Of a DNA stretch of 64,000 bases, positions 12,101 through 21,100 are shown one piece after another. Position 1 is the stretch's first letter. Every line of letters starts with the position of its first letter. The stretch comes from Podarcis cretensis. Lineage: Eukaryota. Made by a program: the position numbers and the translations under genes. Below the pieces are notes generated by a model, which did not search any database, was not told where the DNA came from, and saw nothing but the letters and a program-made list of their open reading frames with translations. The stretch is taken from the NCBI GenBank assembly GCA_951804945.1, contig OX638153.1:59272001-59336000 (forward strand). The letters run 5' to 3'.

Positions 12101-15100
12101 GGAAAAGGTAATAAATATTATTTTTTTTAAAAGAAAGAAAAAGAACTGCGAGTTTCATAGATTCACAGTTAGCAGCAAGTATGTAGGGAACCTTTTAACC
12201 TTTACCTCCACTGTCAGAGGCAGCATTCTTCCAAATACCGGTCACTGGGAATTACAAGTGGGAAGAGCACTGTTGTGTCAGATCCTGCATGCAAGCTTCC
12301 CATAGGCCACTGTGAGAACAGAATGCTGGACTAAATGGACATTTGGCCTGATCTAACAGGGCTCTTCTTATGTTTGTTGGGCTCTATAGAGTTAAAATGA
12401 AATCCTGCTTCACAGATGGCAGCCAGTCTGGGAGGTCAGGTGTGCCTCAGCAGGGGGAGCCAATCAGCAGGCAGGTCCTTCCATCTCAATGCATGATGGG
12501 GGAGGGCGGAGAGCAAACCCCAAAACCATAGAGAATGCCTCCGTGTCCCTGCCACAGAGATCAGTCCTCAAAACACCAGCAACCCTACAACAGCAACATT
12601 TGCTATCCACAACTGTGTAAATAAAGCCACACGGAAAGCAAATAAGAGTACTCGGTTTTTGATAGTGAGGAAGGAAGTATGGTTCTTAGATATGGCCAAA
12701 GCATGCTGACTTACAGTTCAGCTGTGGCTTGAGGGAGGCGCTCTGGGATCTTTGTCAGCTTCAGGTTGGAACACTCAACCACGTTGGCTTCACAGCGGCA
12801 CTTGGGGGGGCAGACGACGTCACTGTGACATTCACTGTTCAACTGGTAATCTTCCGTACCTGCCACCAAGAGAAAGCAATGAGAAAGTGTGCACACAGAA
12901 GGTGTGTGTGAATACTTGGGACTGTTGAATAAGCATATTCTGGAAGGGGACTCCTTCTGTCTGGGGGCATGAGGCCTGACTCTTCTCCCAACATTCCTTT
13001 TTTTTATATATATAATATTTATTAATAGTTTTTTTTATAATTATAACATAATAAACAAAACATACAAAAAACATCACATTTCATAACATATTTTCTTATC
13101 CTTTTTGGACTTCCTCACATCTCCCTCTCCTACGTTCCAAAATATAAAAATTAATTCAGCAATTTATCACCTTGTCCCCACCTTATCTAATTTTCCAATG
13201 TTATATCTTAAATTTTAGATATATTCATTTGACTTTTTAAAACTTTTTAGTTTAGCCTAATCATTATCTAAAAATTGATTTTTTCCTAAATTTAGCTTAT
13301 CTTCATAGTTCAGTTTATCTAATTCAATGGTGCCAAGTTGTTTGTGATCAAGCATCCTCCTTAACATTCATACAGTTTACAATATTTTTGCAAATAGTCC
13401 TTAAATTTCTTCCAATCTTCTTCCACCGTCCCCTCTCCCAGGTCTCGAATTCTGCCAGTCATCTCAGCCAGTTCCATATAGTCTATCAGTTGCATCTGCC
13501 ATTCTTCCAGTGTGGGTAGATCTTGGGTTTTCCAATGCTTCGCAACGAGTATCCTTGCTGCTATTGTTGCATACATAAAAAATGTTCGGTCATTCCTTAG
13601 CACCCTCTGGTCAACGATGCCCAAAAGGAAGGCCTCTGGTTTCTTAGGGAAGGTATACTTAAATACCTTTTTCAGCTCATTGTATATCATTTCCCAGAAG
13701 GCCTTAACCCTAGGGCAAGGCCACCAGAGGTGAAAGAACGTTCCTCTTCTCCCAACATTCCTGCTCACCCAGTCCCAGGCCTTCTCCTGTTGAAGGGAGC
13801 TTCTACCATGGCTGCTTGAAGGTGAGTAGAAGCCACCAGGCAATTGGGAACTCTGCTTTATCAGGGATCCCAGTTGAATGCAGAACTCATAAATAAAAAT
13901 ATATAAATCCTCTGGCCAGCATAATTAAGCCAGAAATTTCTGTACATAGAGTAAGGCTCCAATAAGTGGCACCACCATCAAGTAGCCAGAAGCAGTGGAG
14001 ACTTGACAGATTGAAACTGGCTGTGAACCACCTGTGGCCTGTTGAGTTCACCACTCCTGTGCTACAGCAAATGGAGAAGGTAGATATGAAAGACAGAGAC
14101 TGGTTGATCTTGTTCTGAGCCTCTGGAAGGACCACAGTGCCTGCAAACAGTCCATGCCACCACTGCTGGATCTAATGCAAGCCATTAAAAATACATCATA
14201 ACAGCAATCCTGCAAGGCTGCAACCTCATTCTGCCAGTAGTGCAAACATACCACAAACATACGCATGCAACTCATGTGCAAATTCTAGCATCTCCATACT
14301 GGCTCCCTTACCTGGAATGAAATACTGTTCTTTGGCTGTGAACAGAAATATGCAGAGTGTTAATCTGAATGCAGCAAACTTAAGATATTAAAGGCCGTGC
14401 TGCTCATAACTTCCTCAAACATGTATGAACGAGTATATATACTGCAGTGTGTGAAATGAAAACAGAATGCATATTTCTATCCAGATACATATGCTTAGAA
14501 ATGACATCATGCATATTAACTTAATATGTATTTCTGATGAAAAATAGATATATACACCACCAGCCATCAATGTGTGCACAAGATGTAAGAGTTAATTTTT
14601 AAAATAAGAGAACAGAAACACTGCAGTTTTTCAGTTGGGGGGGGGGATGTTTCTACAATATCTTTCCCTAGATTTCACTGAGGTGCTAATGTCAGAATCC
14701 CTGCACAATGAAGTGCAGGGAAACATCCAATATCTGCTCTGTCCTGATCCCCAAATCTATATGCAGCCCTACAGAAGAAGATCATTCGTACGGGAGCAGC
14801 GGAATTTCTTGCTCTTGATCTGTCCAATGCGCTTGTTGGCGAGGCGGCGGGGGCTGGCACAGCGAGCACCACTTGTTTCAATAGGATTGGCACGCAAGAA
14901 GTCTGCCAGCCACTTCAGGTTGCAGTCGCAAATAAAGGGGTTCTGGGCCAGATGGCTGTAGAGGGAAAGAAACAAGAGCAGCTTGAATTTCAGAGTTGTT
15001 CTGGTGGCTGCTGTCAGAGCAACCTTAAATCTAGCAACCAAGATGCTGCTTCTAAGATGGCATAATGCTGAATGCTCTTGTAGGCACCCTGAAGGCAAAG

Positions 15101-18100
15101 TGGTCCATTTCCTTGTGACTTCACTTTGGTGCCAGGATGTTGGGCTCTGCCAATAGCCCTGGGCCAGCCTCTACACTCTAGGGCAGTCTTCCCCAACTTG
15201 GTGCTCTTCAGATATTTTTGGAACAACTTCCATACTTCCATCAGCTCCAGTCAAGTTATGGGAAGACACCCAGTTAGGGAAGGCTGGTCTTGAACATGGT
15301 TGCAAAGGCATGGCCTTGCAAGGCTTGTTGCTCTCTTTCTAGAGCTCTGCCCCTGTGGTAATCTCCTGCCTTGGCCACAGAATCTTACCTGCCTTCTCAG
15401 TGGGACCCCAGTGTTCCAAGGGCATTTCCTCCCTTCCTCCCACAGAACCCTGTTCTCATTGGACATATCTTCAGAGAAGCCAGCACTCACAGAGTCTGGA
15501 TGGCTCGCAAGGTGGCAAAGGTGCCCTTGGCCAAGGTCTGGATCTTGTTGTCGTACAGCGAGAGCAGCGACAGGTTCTGCAGGTCAGCAAAGGCATCTGC
15601 CCGGATGCAGTTGATCTTGTTGGCATTCAGGAGCCTGGAGTGAAGGAGCACAAAACACCATATCAGTGTGTGTGTGTGTGTGTGTGTGCGCGCACACACA
15701 CACATTGTGGTGGTCGTAGTGGTAGTGTCTATCACACACACACAAAATATTCTTGGCCATTGCTCACAGCAGGGGATTTCGCAGATCCCACCCACTCAAC
15801 TAACACCCAGCATGTTACTCACACAGCCTAGACCAAGTGATAGTAGGTCAGAGAACAAAATGGCCACAAAGAAGACAGGTGAGGAGACAGGATACCCACA
15901 ACCCTTCCCTGAATCTGAGGTGGACAGAAGGGAGGGATAGTATAGATCAGGGGTCGGCAAGGTTTACCTCGCCTGGGATGGTTCACTCCCGTGAAGATTG
16001 CTCCATGGGCCAGATTGCGCCTGCACAGATGAGATTTTCGGCATCTGAATCTGCACAGACGCGATTTCTGGCGCAGCAGAAGCGAGTCCCCACTCCGCAC
16101 TGCTCCAGTTTAGCACAGCGCACAGGGACTCACCGAGCAGGCGGCTCGTGGGTTGTTTAAACAACCCCCGGGGGCCACTTGTGGCCCATGGGTTGCAGGT
16201 TGCTGACCCCTGGTATAGATGAGGAATATAGGCAGATGAGGAGGGAAGCAAAGATTAAAGCTGGGGAGAAGACAGTAACTCTAGATGGGATTGTGGAGTA
16301 GAAAGACACAGGGGACAGTGAAGCAGGCTGTGTGGAAGATGAAGGCAGGAAAGAAGAAAAGGCTTGTTAAGGAGAGTTGCAGGTTCCAGGGAAGAGCTAA
16401 AGGGCTGTCAGGTTTGTACATAAGTATGCTGAAATTGTATGGGAGACAGATGGGAGGTCTGGAGCCCCTTTGCCATCTGGATCAAGGTTTCCACACTGCC
16501 ACTCGCCCCCTGCTATGGTGATGTCCAAAGGGCCCTCTAGCTAGCCCTCTCACTTGTGCTTACAGTAGTTGCAGTGCATACAAGCCCCCGAATACCCCTT
16601 TGGGCAGCTCTGTGATCTTGTTCCCGTACAAGACTCTGGAAAAGAAACAAAACCAGTGCTTGAATTAGTAACGTCTCTCGGTGGTTAAGTCCTGATGTAT
16701 CTTGAGGAAAGAGGCCATCTTGAACAACTGAACCCAGGCTCACCCTTCATACATAGCAGACGTAACGATAATGAGACTGTGAGGTGCCAGCTGGCTTATG
16801 ATGCCAGCGTCAGGGAATCTGGATTCAAATGTGATTTAAGTCCCCACTGAGGCCCAGTTCATATATGCAAATGGCCATATGCAGCCACTTGATACAGCTA
16901 GGTAGGCGCAGCTCCACATGGCAAGCTGCCTGTGTCAAGTGGCTCCCCGCAAGGTTGCAGCAGTTTCGCTCGTTCCATTGCAAACCTTCGAAAGAGAAGG
17001 GTTAAAATGGTGTGGCTGAAATCGCCATAGGTCCATGGAGAACTATTTCATGCAAACACTTGCCATCTGGAGCTGTGCCTGCAAAATTGCATTTCAAGAG
17101 ACAACCATGGCACAGACTGCTCTTTGGAATGGAGCCACATTAACTTGCTGGTGCAGTGGGTGGTGGGGGAGTGTGGTGGGTGGGGCAACTCACATGCTAA
17201 CATTATCGGCAGCAACTGGGAATTAGAAAGGCTAAGCAATATGTTGGCCAAGGGGGCTGTGAGTTGGAATTGGCATATTCAGGAAGCCACAGCACATAGC
17301 CAGTGGTAGAGCTATGTGTGTGGAGCTTGTGAAAGAACATTCTCATGCTGTATGCAAGTGGCATTTCACTTCCCCACCTAGACTAATGTCTGCCATGCTT
17401 GCTCCTACTGAGGCTACTCACAGAGAGTTGAGTGAGCGCAGGCCTTGGAAGGCATCAGGCGCAATCTCCAAGATCTGGTTGTTGCTCAGGTCTCTGAAAG
17501 ACAAAGACAAAGTTAACACTCCTACGCATGTAGTCACAGCTCCTTCCTTTTCTGAAGGTGCCTCTCCCACCTTGTGTTCTTTACAGAGTATAATAAAGGC
17601 TTCACTCCTGTTCCTTAGCAGGACTGAGATGAAGGTGCACTGATGCCAATACAACTCTGTGCTCCCTCGAGTACACCTTGCAATGCAACACCTGCTTCCC
17701 CTCTGCCCATATCACGTCTGGACAGAAGGTATTGCCTTAGGCCTGCACAGACTATTTGTCCATCAAGCCCAGCATTGTTCACTCTGGCTGAAGACACTCA
17801 CATCCTTCGTAGCTTCTTATATGATGAGAAGGCTCCAGGTGGGATAGACTTGATGCCATTCAGTTCTAAGCGTCTGCATGGGAAACAGAACACAAGAAAG
17901 CAAATCAGCTTGACTGCACCATGGGAGTAACTGAAGTGCCGTCTCTTCCAACAAGGATGCCACAGAGATCAGGCAGGAGGTAGTCCCCAAGAGTAGGCAG
18001 ACAGCTGTATTCCTGGATAGTTCACTTTGACACATCTCCCCCAGTTCTCTGGAAGCAGAAATCTCTGATCCTGGTACAGCTTTTAGCCACAAAAGGGACT

Positions 18101-21100
18101 GGCAAAAACTAGAGTCATCTCCGCATAAGGGAGGAGTGGTGAAGCTTTATGGACCAGTAAAGGTAAAGGTAAAGGTACCCCTGCCCGTACGGGCCAGTCT
18201 TGACAGACTCTGGGGTTGTGCGCCCATCTCACTTAAGAGGCCAGGGGCCAGCGCTGTCCGGAGACACTTCCGGGTCACGTGGCCAGCGTGACATCGCTGC
18301 TCTGGCCAGAGCCAGAGCCAGAGCCAGAGCCGCACACGGAAACGCCGTTTACCTTCCCGCTGGTAAGCGGTCCCTATTTATCTACTTGCACCCGGAGGTG
18401 CTTTCGAACTGCTAGGTTGGCAGGCGCTGGGACCAAGCAGCGGGAGCGCACCCCGCCGCAGGGATTCGAACCGCCGACCTTTCGATCGGCAAGTCCTAGG
18501 CGCTGAGGCTTTAACCCACAGCGCCACCTGCGTCCCTTATTATGGACCAGTGGACCACATCTTTATCTCCCTCTACCCTTGTGGGCCAACTTCAACAGTC
18601 AGTAGGGCCACCCATATGCCAGTCACCTGACACATAATGGCATCAGGTGATCGACACCTGTCAAAGCTTTGCACAGCACTTCCCAAATGCCCAAACCAGG
18701 TGATAGTCAGATGTTTGGGAAAGCACTGTGCAGTGTGCTTTGCTAGTCACATGCTTGGTGCTTGGGAAATGCTGGACACACGCCTCTCAAAGTGCTTTGT
18801 GCTTTGTTTCCCAGACACATGGCAACTGGCTGATTGTGGGGTGTTTGGAAAGCCCCTTTCAGTCATGCCCTGTCCTCACATCATGCATATGGCTTGAGTG
18901 AAATGGCTTGGCAGGCCAAATCTGGTCCATGGGCCAGAGGTTCCCCACCCCTGACATAAGGTCACAGTTGAGAATTGCCCTATGGTGCTCCTTAGGCAAC
19001 AATATATTCCCTGTTCCAATACCAGCTGAATCAATACTAGCCAAAGGAGACAGGATCACCCAAGCAGAGTAGATGTGATTAGGAAGGGTGCTAGTGCTCA
19101 GGTCCCACCACCCCCTGCCTTCCCACCATGTTCCTAGTATCCACTCACATCTCAGTCATGGTCTCAGGCAAGTTGGCAGGGATGGCTGTCAGCCCCTTGC
19201 CGCGACAGTCCACAATGCCATTGCTGCAGGTGCACATGGCGGGACAGGAACCTGATGAAAAGCTGCAGATTTGGGTCCTGGTAGCATCCATCTGGCCTGC
19301 AGAGAAGAATGCAGAAGCTTAGTGCATCCTCTTTGCATAGGGCTTGCAACCCACGGCACTGCAGGGCATCCCTAGCCCTGCCTACCTGTTCTTTGCTTGT
19401 GGAACATTGTGGTCTCTTGGGGTTTTGGAATGTGTACTTTCTTCAGGGCAGCTAGAGAGCCTTTGGGTCACAACACACCCTCCTCTCAGCCCCTCTCCAC
19501 AGATGTTTACACGTAGAGATAAATACATATGCAGGCATATACATATGCAGAACTGCTGCACAGGTTGATAGTTCAAATCAGCAGAGACAAGAAACGGACA
19601 GTGTGATGGGGAGGGCAAGTGCACAAATGAGCATGAGACAGAAAGGGCAGCATGGTGCACCATTTCACAATGCTGAGGAGGAAAACTGCATAAAGAGCAC
19701 AGGCTGGTGCAGGGAGCAAGCGGGCATCTTTCAAGATGGCAGCTTCCAGCACTAATGGTTTGATAGCTTCACACTGTCAGAAATAGAAAAATGCAGGATA
19801 AAAGGAGACAATGCTTTTAAAAGAATTTCTGTAGAATGAAAAGCAATTTCTGCAGTCCAGGCTGCAGTCATGCAACCACCATGGCCTGCACACGAGACAC
19901 AAGAGCTCCCGAAACTAATGTGTCGTGGTAAGAGGGTCTGTGTTCATTTGAGAGACCAATGGTCTCTTGTGGCAGGTTTCACTAACCCTTTGGTTCCAGG
20001 GCTGATATGCCTTAAATCTGAAGGCAGAAGGGGCCTCTTTCTGGTGATTCTGGGGGTCTGCAAAGCTCCCTGGAACCCCATAGATGCCACTCACCTGAAC
20101 AGCTGAATTCATTCTTCTGAATCTCTGCAACATTGAGGCCACGGAGGGCAGCAGGGCCGGCACACTGTGTGAAGAGCCCAATTGTGGGGCGCTGGCGCAG
20201 CCACTGGGAAAGCCAACCCAAATGGCAATCGCAGAAGAGCTGGTTGGAGTGCAAGCGGCTGTAGGGACCCAGGGGAGGAAAGGTTGCGGGGGGGGGGGGA
20301 GAAACATCAATCACTGTCTTTCCACAGCTACCTCTTGAGACACCTGCATAGATACTGTAGGTAAAGCCATTTCTAGAGAGACAGACTTAGGTTTACTGAG
20401 CTGGAATGAAAATGTGGGGACATTTCCTGGGAAGGAGAGTCCAGTCCAATAGGGATCTGAAGCTGTGGGATTTGGGCCTTAGTACTCTGCATTCTGGGAT
20501 ACGGGTGGCACTGTGGTGTAAACCACTGAGCCTTGGGCTTGTCGATCGGAACGTTGGTGGTTCGAATCCCTGCGACGGGGAGAACTCCTGCCAACCTAGC
20601 AGTTCGAAAGCATGTCAAAGTGCAAGTAGATAAATAGGTACTGCTCCGGTGGGAAAGTTAACGGCATTTCCATGCACTGCTCTGGTTTCACTAGAAGCGG
20701 CTTAGTCATGCTGGCCACATGACCCGGAAAAACTGTCTATGGACAAATGCCGGCTCCCTCGGCCAGTAAAGCAAGATGAGCGCCGCAACCCCAGAGTTGT
20801 TTGCGACTGGACTTAACTGTCAGGGGTCATTTACCTTTACCTCTTTTTTTACTCTGCATTCCATGGACTGGATTGCTCTCACCCAGTGTCCTGCCCACCA
20901 CATTAATGCCACCCCTTTCTGTCCCATGATACACCTTGTCATTAAAGGAACCAACAACTCTATGAACAGAGCTGTGGCTCTTTCTGCCATTGGGGGGCAG
21001 CATCCCACATCTTTGTAGGGCCCCAGGTTCTTGGGATCCTGGGCACAGGGTTAGGCATTACCTACTATGAAAACACCAGTGCCAAGAAGGGAGATCTGCA

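Noticed and set aside
13361-13843. 160-aa ORF as a nested gene
   Set aside because: It is a truncated L1 ORF2 end plus flanking sequence past the TSD, with no real start
12860-14791. miR-218 hairpin, which SLIT2 and SLIT3 host near this intron position
   Set aside because: No match to the mature sequence; only a 9-nt gatcaagca at about 13346, inside the L1 3'UTR. Absence is consistent with SLIT1.
15014-15241. ORF start [12 protein letters not shown] resembling an L1 ORF2 end
   Set aside because: The DNA matches the degenerate palindromic hAT-like MITE family; the resemblance is coincidental
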